Shown here one piece after another: positions 11,880-21,244 of a DNA stretch of 32,000 nucleotides. Below the pieces are notes generated by a model. That model made no database searches. It was not told where the DNA came from and saw only the letters and a list, made by a program, of their open reading frames with translations. The position numbers were made by a program, and so were the translations under genes. Every line of letters begins with the position of its first letter. Position 1 is the first letter of the stretch. The stretch comes from Candidatus Pelagibacter ubique HTCC1062 (GTDB taxonomy: Bacteria; Pseudomonadota; Alphaproteobacteria; Pelagibacterales; Pelagibacteraceae): positions 90,001-122,000 of the forward strand of contig NC_007205.1 in assembly GCF_000012345.1 (NCBI RefSeq). Reading direction: 5' to 3'.

Positions 11880-12317
11880 ATGAAAGAACTTTTATATTTA
11901 AAGGATACTCAGTTAAAGCAGCTGATTGAAAAGTTATTTACAAGTTACCGTGAGTCTTTTTCAGATGCCAAGAAAACATTAGATAAATACTCTATAGGTA
12001 TAGCTCACCACAAAGTTTTACATCTTTTATCAATGTATAAAGGGATTACAATTTCTGATCTATTAAAGAAGTTAAAGGTTACCAAGCAGAGTTTAAATAG
12101 AGTTTTAAAAGATTTAATTAAACTTGATGTGGTTTTTTTTGAAAAAGACCAACAAGACACAAGAGTAAAACACATTTTTTTAAATGAAAAAGGAGAAAAA
12201 ATTTTTGACGAAATATTTTCGATACAAAAAAAAAGAATTTATAATGCTCTTTTAAATTCAAGTTCAGATCAAGTCTTAAACTTTGACAATGTTTTAAAGA
12301 AAATAATTAATGAATGA
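11880..12317 (+). CDS. MarR family transcriptional regulator (PetP-like position upstream of a response regulator)
   Basis: 145 aa of winged-HTH size with a TISDLLKKLKVTKQSLNRVLKDL recognition-helix-like block. Overlaps the downstream response regulator by 8 nt (ATGAATGA). Confidence 0.7.
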   Translation: MKELLYLKDTQLKQLIEKLFTSYRESFSDAKKTLDKYSIGIAHHKVLHLLSMYKGITISDLLKKLKVTKQSLNRVLKDLIKLDVVFFEKDQQDTRVKHIFLNEKGEKIFDEIFSIQKKRIYNALLNSSSDQVLNFDNVLKKIINE

Positions 12318-12987
12318 TTTTGTAGCCCATATTTTAGTTGTAGATGATGATGAGGGAATTAGATCCCTAATTAAACAATATTTAAATGAAAATAATTTTC
12401 TGGTTACTACATCAAATAGTGCAGAAAATGCAGAAGAAAAAATTTCAATAATTAAATTTGATTTAATCGTTTTGGATATAATGATGACAGGCAAAAGTGG
12501 GTTGGATTTTATCAAACAAAATAAATCTAAAATTGATACCCCTATAATTTTATTAACAGCTAAAGGAGAAGCTGAAAATAGAGTTGAAGGTTTAGAGATA
12601 GGCGCTGATGACTATTTACCAAAACCTTTTGAGCCAAAAGAACTTATTTTAAGAATAAAAAATATTTTAAATAAAACAAAAAGAAATGATGAAAAAAGAA
12701 TTATAACCTTTGATAATATTAAAATTGATCTTAACAAACTTTTAATCATAAAAAATGATATTGAATATAAAATAAATAGTACTGAAAAAATTATATTAGA
12801 AAAAATGATTAACAATCCTGGCAAAACCTTTTCAAGAGAGGATATTGGCAAACTAACCGATCTTGATAAAGAAAGGTCAATAGATGTGATAATTACAAGA
12901 CTTAGAAAAAAAATTGAAATGGACCCAAAAAATCCAAAATACTTACAAACTTTAAGAGGTGCTGGCTATGTTTTATGGATTGAATAA
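12310..12987 (+). CDS. OmpR/PhoB-family DNA-binding response regulator (PetR/CenR-like)
   Basis: 225 aa. Receiver residues are present (acidic pocket VVDDDEG, phospho-acceptor in LDIMM, LLTAKG, conserved K in YLPKPF). The C-terminal winged helix ends ...TLRGAGYVLWIE. Confidence 0.88.
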   Translation: MNDFVAHILVVDDDEGIRSLIKQYLNENNFLVTTSNSAENAEEKISIIKFDLIVLDIMMTGKSGLDFIKQNKSKIDTPIILLTAKGEAENRVEGLEIGADDYLPKPFEPKELILRIKNILNKTKRNDEKRIITFDNIKIDLNKLLIIKNDIEYKINSTEKIILEKMINNPGKTFSREDIGKLTDLDKERSIDVIITRLRKKIEMDPKNPKYLQTLRGAGYVLWIE

Positions 12988-14287
12988 TTTTGTAAAAAAT
13001 TTACTACCGAAAAGATTATTTTATAGAGCTTTATTAATCGTAGCAGTTCCAATAATTGTTCTTCAAGTAGTCATATCGATTGTTTTTTTTGATAGTCTTT
13101 GGATTAAAACAAATAAAGGTATGACAAGAGCCTTAATCGGTGAGATGAAAACATTCATAACAGCTTACGATAATGGAAAATATAATAATAACGACCTTTC
13201 AGGCTTATTCTCAATTTATTTAGATCTTAATGTTCAATTTAAAAAAGATGATTTATTTGAAAAAGCTCAAAAAGAAAGATGGTTTAGTCCAATAGATAGA
13301 ACACTTAGAAGAGAACTGAAATCTAATATGGGCACTCAAAATTTCTGGTTCGATACAACAAGTTATAAAGAGCTTATTCATATAAATATTAAACATAACG
13401 AGGGTTACTTTGAATTTTTTATTCCAAAAGACAGGGTTGCAAGCTCATCTGCTAGAATATTTGCGTTATGGATCACTATACCTGCTCTACTAATGATAAC
13501 CATAGCTATACTATTTCTAAAAAATCAAACCAGACCAATTATAAACCTGGCTAAAGCTGCAGAAAGATTTGGTAAAGGAGAAAACATTGATGAGTACAGG
13601 CCATCAGGTGCCTTAGAGATCAGACAAGCAGGTTTGGAATTTGATAAAATGAGAAAAAGAATAATGAGACACCTCAATCAAAGATCTGAAATGTTATCTG
13701 GCATAAGCCATGATTTAAGAACACCCTTAACAAGACTAAAACTTCAGCTATCTTTTATGAAAGATAAAGATTTATCAAAAAAAATGTCTTTAGATATAGA
13801 TGAAATGGAAAAAATGCTTAATGAATATCTGCAGTTTACAAGTTCATCTTATTTAGAAAAAGATGAAACCTTTGATATTTCAGAATTAATCGAAACTACA
13901 ATAAATAATTATAATAATGATAAAATAACTAAAGAAATAATTCCAAGAATTTACATGAATGGAAGAAAAAATTTAATACAAAGATCTATAAATAATTTAA
14001 TTGATAATTCAATTAAATATGCTGAAAATATAAATTTTCATCTATCAAAAAAAGATAGTAACATAATAATTACTATTGATGATGATGGAGTCGGTATTCC
14101 TAAAGAAGAGTTCGAGAATGTTTTCAAACCATTTTATAAAGTAGATAAAAGTAGAGGGGATTCTAAATCTAGTGTTGGTCTTGGATTGTCAATTACATCT
14201 GACATAATCAAATCCCATGGAGGAAATATTTTATTAGATAAATCTCCTTTAAACGGCCTTAGAGTTAAGATTTTTTTACCTTTGTAG
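12959..14287 (+). CDS. EnvZ-like sensor histidine kinase (2 TM, periplasmic loop, HAMP, HisKA, HATPase_c)
   Basis: H-box SHDLRTPLTRL, N-box NLIDNSIKYA, G1 DDDGVGIP, F-box FKPFY, G2 GLGLS, with two hydrophobic segments (about aa 22-44 and 166-188). The track start is GTG 12959; ATG 12968 is an alternative. It overlaps the response regulator by 20-29 nt. Confidence 0.88.
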   Translation: MLAMFYGLNNFVKNLLPKRLFYRALLIVAVPIIVLQVVISIVFFDSLWIKTNKGMTRALIGEMKTFITAYDNGKYNNNDLSGLFSIYLDLNVQFKKDDLFEKAQKERWFSPIDRTLRRELKSNMGTQNFWFDTTSYKELIHINIKHNEGYFEFFIPKDRVASSSARIFALWITIPALLMITIAILFLKNQTRPIINLAKAAERFGKGENIDEYRPSGALEIRQAGLEFDKMRKRIMRHLNQRSEMLSGISHDLRTPLTRLKLQLSFMKDKDLSKKMSLDIDEMEKMLNEYLQFTSSSYLEKDETFDISELIETTINNYNNDKITKEIIPRIYMNGRKNLIQRSINNLIDNSIKYAENINFHLSKKDSNIIITIDDDGVGIPKEEFENVFKPFYKVDKSRGDSKSSVGLGLSITSDIIKSHGGNILLDKSPLNGLRVKIFLPL

Positions 14288-14519
14288 ATTTTTTATTTGG
14301 ACTTTTTTTTTCAAATTTGTTGATTTTTTTTTCTAAATTTTCAACTCTTTTAATTAATATATCCATTTCTTCTTTGCTAGTTAATTTCATTTTAAAAATG
14401 ATCTCTTCTCTTTTAGATCTTAAAACATTTATTATTTCAGAACTTAAATCTTTATAAGAAATTAGCCCTTGTTCAAATAGCTTTGTTAATTTATCAATTA
14501 CAAATTTTGATTTTGTCAT
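14265..14519 (-). CDS. Small coiled-coil protein, UbiK/YqiC (BMFP) accessory-factor-like
   Basis: 84 aa with heptad-like LTSKEEMDILIKRVENLEKKINKFEK and a basic tail. Size and the position next to lgt resemble alphaproteobacterial UbiK-family genes. The assignment is tentative. Confidence 0.45.
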   Translation of the reverse strand: MTKSKFVIDKLTKLFEQGLISYKDLSSEIINVLRSKREEIIFKMKLTSKEEMDILIKRVENLEKKINKFEKKSPNKKSTKVKKS

Positions 14520-14565
14520 ATATTCGCTTATAAAATTAATATACTTTATACGTAGTTTTTTAAAA

Positions 14566-15336
14566 ATGTTTATTAATAATTTTGACCCAGTTGCGTTTCA
14601 AATATTTTCATTAGAAATCAGATGGTATTCTTTGGCTTATATTGTGGGTATTGCACTTGGTTGGCTGTATTGTAAAAAAAAATTAATAAAAGACTCTCAT
14701 ATTCTTCAGCTATTTGATGACTTTATAACCTATCTCATTATAGGTATGATTTTGGGAGGTCGGCTTGGTTATACTTTATTTTATAATCTAAAATATTATT
14801 TAGATAACCCTATAGAAATATTGATGGTTTGGAATGGAGGAATGTCATTTCATGGTGCTTTAATTGGAATTATAATTGCATCAATATTGTTCTCAAAAAA
14901 ACACAATACAAATTCGTTTATATTTTTAGACTTGGTTGCCCTATCTGCTCCAATTGGAATCTTTTTTGGTAGAATTGCCAATTTTATAAACTCAGAGCTT
15001 TATGGAAGAGCTACAGACCTTCCTTGGTCAGTTCAATTTGTTCTAATAGATAATATCAAAAGGCACCCTTCACAATTATATGAGGCTTTTTTTGAGGGAA
15101 TAATTCTTTTCTTTGTACTTGGGTATTTTTTTAAAAAAGATTATTTAAAAGTACCTGGAAAAATCTCTGCTTTATTCCTGATCTTTTATTCTCTATTTAG
15201 ATTTTTTATAGAGTTTTTCAGATCTCCAGATCCACAAATCGGTTACTTAGTTTTAAATCTAACATTAGGTCAATTGATAAGTGTTCTTTTTTTTCTGACT
15301 GGGGTTTACCTTTTATCTTTAAAAAATGAAAATTAA
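14566..15336 (+). CDS. lgt: Prolipoprotein diacylglyceryl transferase
   Basis: 256 aa polytopic membrane protein. RWYSLAYIVG, GGRLGY, GGMSFHGALIG and FGRIANFINSELYGR are characteristic Lgt blocks. Confidence 0.93.
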   Translation: MFINNFDPVAFQIFSLEIRWYSLAYIVGIALGWLYCKKKLIKDSHILQLFDDFITYLIIGMILGGRLGYTLFYNLKYYLDNPIEILMVWNGGMSFHGALIGIIIASILFSKKHNTNSFIFLDLVALSAPIGIFFGRIANFINSELYGRATDLPWSVQFVLIDNIKRHPSQLYEAFFEGIILFFVLGYFFKKDYLKVPGKISALFLIFYSLFRFFIEFFRSPDPQIGYLVLNLTLGQLISVLFFLTGVYLLSLKNEN

Positions 15337-16369
15337 GAATAATCAGTCGTTTACCCTAGATAAGTTTATAGAGGAGTCTCTTTATAATAAAACATCAGGC
15401 TACTACATGAAAAAAAATCCCTTTGGCAAAAAGGGTGATTTCATAACTTCACCCAACATATCTGTATTATTTTCAGAAATGATTGCAATTTGGGTGGTTT
15501 CATTTTGGCAAAATCTAGGTTGCCCTAAAAAATTTAATTTAATCGAATTAGGGGCCGGTAATGGTGAAATGATGAAAGTTTTAGTCAATACCTTTGAAAA
15601 ATTTCAAATATTTAAAAATTCTTGTCACATTAAGATTTTAGAAAGAAGTAAATTGCTTCGAAAAAAACAAAAAATTAATATCAATAAAAAAAATATTCAA
15701 TGGTTAAATGATTTAAGCGAATTAGATAATTCGCCATGTATTTTTTTGGCAAACGAATTTTTTGACGCCTTACCTATTAAACAATTCATAAAGAAAGAAA
15801 GAAAATGGTTTGAAAGACATGTCAGATTTTTTAACAATAAATTTGAGTATTTTGATGTTCCTTTTGATATGGAAAAATTTGTAAATAAAATTAAATTTAA
15901 AATTACAAAACAACAGAACTTTATTGAGTATTCACCACAATCAACCGAATACCTAGAAATTATCTTCAATAAGATTAAACGTAATAATGGTGGAATTTTA
16001 ATAATAGATTATGCGTATACTGATAAAAAAATGAAAAATACCCTGCAAGCTGTATCGAAACATAAATATTGTGATGTACTAAAAGGGTTTGGTAATTCTG
16101 ATATTACCTACAATTTAAGTTTTAGTTTATTAAATAGAATAGTTAAAGAATTAAGCTCACTTACCTCAATGAATACTACTCAAGGTGAATTTTTAACAAA
16201 ACTTGGTATTCTTGAAAGAGCAGAAATATTGTCCAAGAAAATGTTATTTAGTGAAAAAGCTGATATTTATTTTAGAATAAAAAGACTTATAGATAAAAAT
16301 CAAATGGGTGAATTGTTTAAAGTAATGCTAATAACAACACATAAAAATAAATTTAAATTGGGGTTTTAA
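15326..16369 (+). CDS. SAM-dependent methyltransferase, MidA/NDUFAF7 (DUF185) family
   Basis: 347 aa. GYYMKKNPFGKKGDFITSPNIS..FSEMIA, LIELGAGNGEMM (SAM motif I) and ANEFFDALPIKQF match the MidA family. The lgt-midA-pgeF order is common in alphaproteobacteria. Confidence 0.75.
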   Translation: MKIKNNQSFTLDKFIEESLYNKTSGYYMKKNPFGKKGDFITSPNISVLFSEMIAIWVVSFWQNLGCPKKFNLIELGAGNGEMMKVLVNTFEKFQIFKNSCHIKILERSKLLRKKQKININKKNIQWLNDLSELDNSPCIFLANEFFDALPIKQFIKKERKWFERHVRFFNNKFEYFDVPFDMEKFVNKIKFKITKQQNFIEYSPQSTEYLEIIFNKIKRNNGGILIIDYAYTDKKMKNTLQAVSKHKYCDVLKGFGNSDITYNLSFSLLNRIVKELSSLTSMNTTQGEFLTKLGILERAEILSKKMLFSEKADIYFRIKRLIDKNQMGELFKVMLITTHKNKFKLGF

Positions 16370-16370
16370 A

Positions 16371-17135
16371 CTGATTAAGTCAAAGAAACTCAGTAAATTT
16401 AAAAACTTACAGCATGCTTTCTTTAATAGAAAGGGTGGAAAATCTCTAGGTATTTTTAAGAGCTTAAATTGTGGCCCTGGGTCCTCAGACAATAAAAAAA
16501 ATGTTTTAAAAAATCTTCAAATCGTTCAAAGGAAAATTAAAACTAAGCTTAAAAAAATTATTTTACTAAAGCAAATTCACAGCAATAAATTTCATTTTAT
16601 AGATAAAAATCTAAAACTTAAAAATTATAATTTTGAAGGAGATGCGCTAGTCACAAATAAAAAGGAATTTCCTATAGCTATATTAACTGCAGATTGTGCT
16701 CCAATACTTGTTTATGATGAGAAAGAAAAGATGATTGCTGCAATCCATGCTGGCTGGAAGGGTGCTTTCAAAGGGATAATTAAAAGAACCTTAAATTTTA
16801 TGATCAAAAAAGGATGTGATCCTAAAAATGTTACTGCAGTTATTGGTCCATGTATTTCAGTAAAAAATTATGAGGTAAAAAAAGATTTTATTAAAAAACT
16901 CATTAAAAAGGATGGAAAAAATAAAAAATTTTTTAAAAAAATTCAAAATAAAGATTTCTTTGATTTAAAGAAATACGTCCTTTCTCAATTAAAAGCCTTA
17001 AATATAAAGAAAATTGATATAATTAATAAGAATACATTTAATCCTAAAAATAATTTTTTTAGTGCACGAAGATCTATTAGCCGCAATGAGAATGATTATG
17101 GTAGAAATATTTCTGTAATTATGATTAATTCATAA
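16371..17135 (+). CDS. pgeF: Peptidoglycan editing factor PgeF (YfiH / DUF152, purine nucleoside phosphorylase-like); start codon non-canonical or unresolved
   Basis: The frame is open from 16335. My translation from 16371 gives LIKSKKLSKFKNLQHAFFNRKGGKSLGIFKSLNCGPG...KQIHSNKF...LTADCAPILVY...AAIHAGWKG..., which includes the conserved His, Cys and His of YfiH. The only in-frame canonical start is ATG 16731 (the track ORF), which would delete the first His and the Cys. The 5' boundary is uncertain (CTG 16371 or ATT 16374). Confidence 0.8.
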   Translation: MIKSKKLSKFKNLQHAFFNRKGGKSLGIFKSLNCGPGSSDNKKNVLKNLQIVQRKIKTKLKKIILLKQIHSNKFHFIDKNLKLKNYNFEGDALVTNKKEFPIAILTADCAPILVYDEKEKMIAAIHAGWKGAFKGIIKRTLNFMIKKGCDPKNVTAVIGPCISVKNYEVKKDFIKKLIKKDGKNKKFFKKIQNKDFFDLKKYVLSQLKALNIKKIDIINKNTFNPKNNFFSARRSISRNENDYGRNISVIMINS

Positions 17136-17141
17136 TATCTC

Positions 17142-18074
17142 ATGAAATTATTAACTGGAAACAGCAATAAACCTCTAAGTAAAAATATTGCAAAATATTT
17201 AAAAACTAAGCTTGTAAACTCAAGTATAAAAAAGTTTTCTGATGGAGAAATTTATATAGAAATTAATGAAAATATTAGAGGTAATAGTATCTTTATAATT
17301 CAGTCTATTTCATCACCTGCAAACGACAACCTAATGGAATTACTACTTTGCATTGATGCTTTAAAAAGATCTTCAGCAAAAAATATTACTGCCGTCATTC
17401 CTTATTTTGGATATGCACGACAAGACAGAAAAGTAGTGCCTAGAACTTCTATTTCTGCAAAACTGGTTTCTAATTTAATTACTAAAGCAGGTGCTGACAG
17501 AGTTGTTACTGTAGACCTTCATGCAGGACAAATTCAGGGCTTTTTTGACATTCCTGTAGATAATTTATTTGCTACACCAATTTTTGCAAGACATGCTAAA
17601 AAAAATATTAAAAGTAAAAATATTATTTGTGTTGCACCAGACGTTGGTGGAACTGAAAGAGCGAGAGCACTTGGTAAAATTTTAAATGTGGAACTTGCTA
17701 TTGTGGATAAAAGAAGACCTAAACCAGGACAATCCAAAGTTATGAATGTTATAGGAAATGTTAAAGGGAAAACCTGTATTATAGTTGATGATATAATTGA
17801 TTCAGGTGGAACTATAGTAAACGCTGCGAAAGCTTTAAAGGATAGAGGCGCTAAAGAGGTTTATGTTTATATTACTCACGGAGTCTTAAGTGGAGAAGCA
17901 GTAGATAAAATTAAAAAATCAGTTATTAGAAAATTAGTAATAACGGATACAATTGATAATCACGATAAAATTAAAAATGTTAAAAATATAGAAGTTTTGC
18001 CTATTTCAGCACTTATGGGTGAGGCAATTAAAAGGATCTCTAACTCAACATCTGTATCCGATTTATTTAAATAA
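17142..18074 (+). CDS. prs: Ribose-phosphate pyrophosphokinase
   Basis: 310 aa. [26 protein letters not shown] and the PRPP-binding loop [12 protein letters not shown]. Confidence 0.96.
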   Translation: MKLLTGNSNKPLSKNIAKYLKTKLVNSSIKKFSDGEIYIEINENIRGNSIFIIQSISSPANDNLMELLLCIDALKRSSAKNITAVIPYFGYARQDRKVVPRTSISAKLVSNLITKAGADRVVTVDLHAGQIQGFFDIPVDNLFATPIFARHAKKNIKSKNIICVAPDVGGTERARALGKILNVELAIVDKRRPKPGQSKVMNVIGNVKGKTCIIVDDIIDSGGTIVNAAKALKDRGAKEVYVYITHGVLSGEAVDKIKKSVIRKLVITDTIDNHDKIKNVKNIEVLPISALMGEAIKRISNSTSVSDLFK

Positions 18075-18118
18075 TTATCTTGAGTTATTAAGAAACTTGG
18101 GCTAAAAGCCATCTTTTT

Positions 18119-18805
18119 ATGAATTCACTTGATGCAAATACTAGAAATACTAAGTCAAAAGGAGATGTCCGTTCTCTTAGATCGGCTGGAAATATCCCTG
18201 GCATAATCTATGGGGGACCAGATCAAAATCAAAAAGTTACTGTATTAAAAAAAACATTAAAATCTTTAATAGATAAAGGAAGTTTCTTATCAAACATAAT
18301 AACTCTTAATTTAGATGGCAAACCTCAAAATGTTTTACCAAGAGAAATTACTTATAACGTAATATCTGACGAGCCAACTCATATTGATTTTCTAAGAGTT
18401 GTACCAGGTGTAAAAATTAGAATAGAAGTGCCTGTGGTATTTATTAATCATGAAACTTCACCAGGCCTAAAAAGAGGTGGAGTACTAAACATTGTGAGAA
18501 GAAAAATAGAATTAAAATGTCCAAGTGAAAAAATTCCATCTGCAATAACTATTGATTTAGATGGGGTGGATATTGGGGAAAGTTTCAAAATATCTTCAGT
18601 AAAATTAGAAGAAGGTGTTACACCAACTATTATTGGAAGAGATTTTGTAATTGCAACTTTAGCAGCACCTACAGTGATGAAAGAGCCAGAAAAACCAGCT
18701 GAAGCTGAAGCAGAAGCAGCAGAAGATGGTAAAGAAGCAGCACCAGCAGCTGAGGGTGATAAAAAAGATGACGGCGAAAAAAAAGCCACTGAAGAAAAAA
18801 AATAA
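18119..18805 (+). CDS. rplY: 50S ribosomal protein L25, Ctc (long) form
   Basis: 228 aa. RSAGNIPGIIYG N-terminus, a Ctc-type second domain and an acidic/Ala-rich C-terminal tail. The rplY-pth-ychF order is conserved. Confidence 0.9.
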   Translation: MNSLDANTRNTKSKGDVRSLRSAGNIPGIIYGGPDQNQKVTVLKKTLKSLIDKGSFLSNIITLNLDGKPQNVLPREITYNVISDEPTHIDFLRVVPGVKIRIEVPVVFINHETSPGLKRGGVLNIVRRKIELKCPSEKIPSAITIDLDGVDIGESFKISSVKLEEGVTPTIIGRDFVIATLAAPTVMKEPEKPAEAEAEAAEDGKEAAPAAEGDKKDDGEKKATEEKK

Positions 18806-18850
18806 TCAACTTATCATAGTGAAGACTCCTAGATACGATTTAAAAAAAAT

Positions 18851-19411
18851 ATGCTTTTATTTGTAGGCTTAGGAAATCCAACACCCGATAGCGAAAACAA
18901 CAGACACAATATTGGTTTCAAATTAATTGATGCTCTTAATCAAAAGTTTGGTTTGTCTAAACAAAAACCAAAATTTAAAGGATTATTAACTACAGGTAAT
19001 GTTGAGGATAAAAAGGTTTATGCAATAAAACCATTAACCTTTATGAATAATTCTGGAATTTGTATAAGGGAATTAATTGAATACTTCAAAATTGATGCTG
19101 AAGATGTGATTGTCTTCCATGATGACCTTGACCTTGAATTTGGAAAAGTGAAAGCAAAATTTGCAGGATCAAGTGCAGGACATAATGGAATTGAATCTAT
19201 AGATAAATTTATTGGTAAAGATTATTCAAGAGTTAGAATAGGAATTGGAAGACCCAAAACTAAGGCTGATGTTGCAGATCATGTATTAAAAGATTTTGAT
19301 GAAGATGAAATGATACAACTAGAAAAAATTACTAAAAATATTATTGATTCAATGGCTATATTAATTGATAAAAAATTAGATTTATTCTCAAGCACTGTAA
19401 ATAATAAATAA
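18851..19411 (+). CDS. pth: Aminoacyl-tRNA (peptidyl-tRNA) hydrolase
   Basis: 186 aa. VGLGNP....NRHNIGF, TFMNNSG and HDDLD blocks. Confidence 0.95.
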   Translation: MLLFVGLGNPTPDSENNRHNIGFKLIDALNQKFGLSKQKPKFKGLLTTGNVEDKKVYAIKPLTFMNNSGICIRELIEYFKIDAEDVIVFHDDLDLEFGKVKAKFAGSSAGHNGIESIDKFIGKDYSRVRIGIGRPKTKADVADHVLKDFDEDEMIQLEKITKNIIDSMAILIDKKLDLFSSTVNNK

Positions 19412-20484
19412 TGAGTTTTAAGTGTGGAATTGTTGGCTTACCTAATGTTGGTAAATCTACACTATTTAATGCACTTACAAATTCTAGTAAGGCACAAGCA
19501 GCAAACTTCCCTTTTTGTACGATAGAGCCAAATGTTGGTGTGGTTCCTGTGCCAGATGAAAGACTAGACAAATTGGTAGAAATATCAAAATCAAAAAAAA
19601 AAATTAATACTACTATTGAGTTTGTCGATATAGCCGGACTAGTAGCGGGCGCCTCTAAAGGTGAAGGCTTAGGAAATAAATTCTTATCTCATATAAGAGA
19701 AGTCGATGCAGTCATTCATATGATCAGATGTTTTGACTCTGATGATATTCAAAATGTGAACCCAACTGTTGATCCAATTAGAGATTTGGAAATTATTGAA
19801 ACAGAAATGATGTTGGCTGACCTTGAGTCAATACAAAAAAGATTAGAAAAAAATAATAAGAAAAATGTAGATGAGGAGCAATTAAAAATATTAGAAATTG
19901 CTTCTGACTGCATAAATAATTCCAAAGATATTCAAATACTTTATGAACAATTTGATAAAAAATTAATAAGCCAAAGTGGTTTATTATCTTTAAAGCCTAA
20001 AATTTTTGTATGTAATGTTGATGAGGCAAGTGTTCAAAATGGAAATAAATACACTCAAGCATTTATTGATAAATATGGTGAAAAAAATACCTTAATAGTT
20101 TCAGCTGATATTGAGAACCAAATAAATCAATTAGAAAATGAAGAAAAAGAAAATTATATGGAGATGATTGGATTAAAAAGAACTGGTTTAAATATGTTAA
20201 TTCAAAAAGGTTACAATATTTTAGAGCTAGACACTTATTTTACATCTGGGCCTGAAGAAACTAGAGCTTGGACTATCCAAAAAAATTGTACTGCACCAAA
20301 AGCAGCTGGTGAAATACACACTGATTTTGAAAAAGGTTTTATAAGAGCTGAAACAATTGCTTATGAAGACTTCATAGCTAATGATGGTTGGGTCAATTCA
20401 AAGACAAATGGAAAAATGAGACTTGAAGGAAAAGATTATATTGTCAAAGATGGTGATATATTAAACTTCAGATTCAATACGTGA
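19411..20484 (+). CDS. ychF: Redox-regulated ATPase YchF (Obg-like GTPase family)
   Basis: 357 aa. G1 GLPNVGKST, FCTIEPN, DIAGLV and a C-terminal TGS-like domain (RAWTI..G..A..AAG.IH.DFE.GFIRAE). The start overlaps the pth stop as TAATG. Confidence 0.95.
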   Translation: MSFKCGIVGLPNVGKSTLFNALTNSSKAQAANFPFCTIEPNVGVVPVPDERLDKLVEISKSKKKINTTIEFVDIAGLVAGASKGEGLGNKFLSHIREVDAVIHMIRCFDSDDIQNVNPTVDPIRDLEIIETEMMLADLESIQKRLEKNNKKNVDEEQLKILEIASDCINNSKDIQILYEQFDKKLISQSGLLSLKPKIFVCNVDEASVQNGNKYTQAFIDKYGEKNTLIVSADIENQINQLENEEKENYMEMIGLKRTGLNMLIQKGYNILELDTYFTSGPEETRAWTIQKNCTAPKAAGEIHTDFEKGFIRAETIAYEDFIANDGWVNSKTNGKMRLEGKDYIVKDGDILNFRFNT

Positions 20485-21240
20485 CCAAATTTTCTTCATA
20501 CTAAAGTAAACTAGAATAGTTAAAATAATTAAATACAAGATAGCCTTAAAGCCCATCTTGTGTCTGCTTTCTAAATGAGGTTCAGCTGCCCACATTAAAA
20601 ATGTTGTAACATCTTTTGCCATTTGCTCTTTAGATGCTGTAGTTCCATCACTATATTCTACCAAACCATCTGATAATGGTTCTGCCATCTTAATATTATT
20701 TCCATACATAAACTTGTTATAGTAAACACCATCATCAAGCGTTACACCACTCGGTGGATCTTCGTAACCAAGTAGCAATGAGTAAATATAATCAACCCCA
20801 CCAGTTCTAGCTTTTGCTAGCACAGACATATCAGGAGGATAAGCTCCTCCATTTGCTGCTTGAGCTGCTTTAACATTTTCATAAGGCATGACAAATTTAT
20901 CAGATAACTTAGCGGGTCTTACAAACATTTCTCCATCATTATTGGGTCCATCTGTAACTTCAAAACTTGCAGCTATTGCTTTAGCCTGCTCTTCTGTAAA
21001 CTCTGGTCCACCTGGCTCAAATAAGTTTCTATAACTTACATATTTCATTGAATGGCACGATGCACAAACCTCAGTATAAACTTGATATCCTCTTTGAAGT
21101 GAACCTCTGTCAAATTTTCCAAATAATCCCTTAAAACTCCAATCTGTTTTTAAAAGATCGACTTTTTCTGCAGCATTAACTGTAAGAGTTCCTACTAATA
21201 AAAAAATAATTGAATAACTAATTTTTAAAATATTTTTCAC
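20461..21240 (-). CDS. petC: Cytochrome c1 of the ubiquinol-cytochrome c reductase (bc1) complex
   Basis: 259 aa. N-terminal signal sequence, heme c motif CASCHS, PPDMS block and a C-terminal membrane anchor. Confidence 0.93.
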   Translation of the reverse strand: MKNILKISYSIIFLLVGTLTVNAAEKVDLLKTDWSFKGLFGKFDRGSLQRGYQVYTEVCASCHSMKYVSYRNLFEPGGPEFTEEQAKAIAASFEVTDGPNNDGEMFVRPAKLSDKFVMPYENVKAAQAANGGAYPPDMSVLAKARTGGVDYIYSLLLGYEDPPSGVTLDDGVYYNKFMYGNNIKMAEPLSDGLVEYSDGTTASKEQMAKDVTTFLMWAAEPHLESRHKMGFKAILYLIILTILVYFSMKKIWSRIESEV

Positions 21241-21244
21241 TTAA

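Noticed and set aside
16731-17135. Using ATG 16731 as the pgeF start, as in the ORF track
   Set aside because: That start would remove the conserved first His (QIHS) and the Cys (TADCAP) of the YfiH/PgeF active site. Both are encoded in frame immediately upstream without interruption.
18099-18118. GGC-TAAAA-GCC mini-hairpin followed by ATCTTTTT between prs and rplY, as a possible terminator or attenuator
   Set aside because: A 3-bp stem is far too weak for an intrinsic terminator, and the T-run abuts the rplY ATG.
18448-18789. 113-aa antisense ORF rich in Ala/Ser opposite the rplY 3' end, and the imperfect GCTGAA/GCAGAA repeats at about 18690-18760
   Set aside because: The repeats encode the acidic Ala/Glu/Lys-rich C-terminal tail of the Ctc-form L25 (PEKPAEAEAEAAEDGKEAAPAAEGDKK...), a low-complexity tail of the kind I recall on long-form L25. 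The antisense ORF is a by-product of that stop-free composition.
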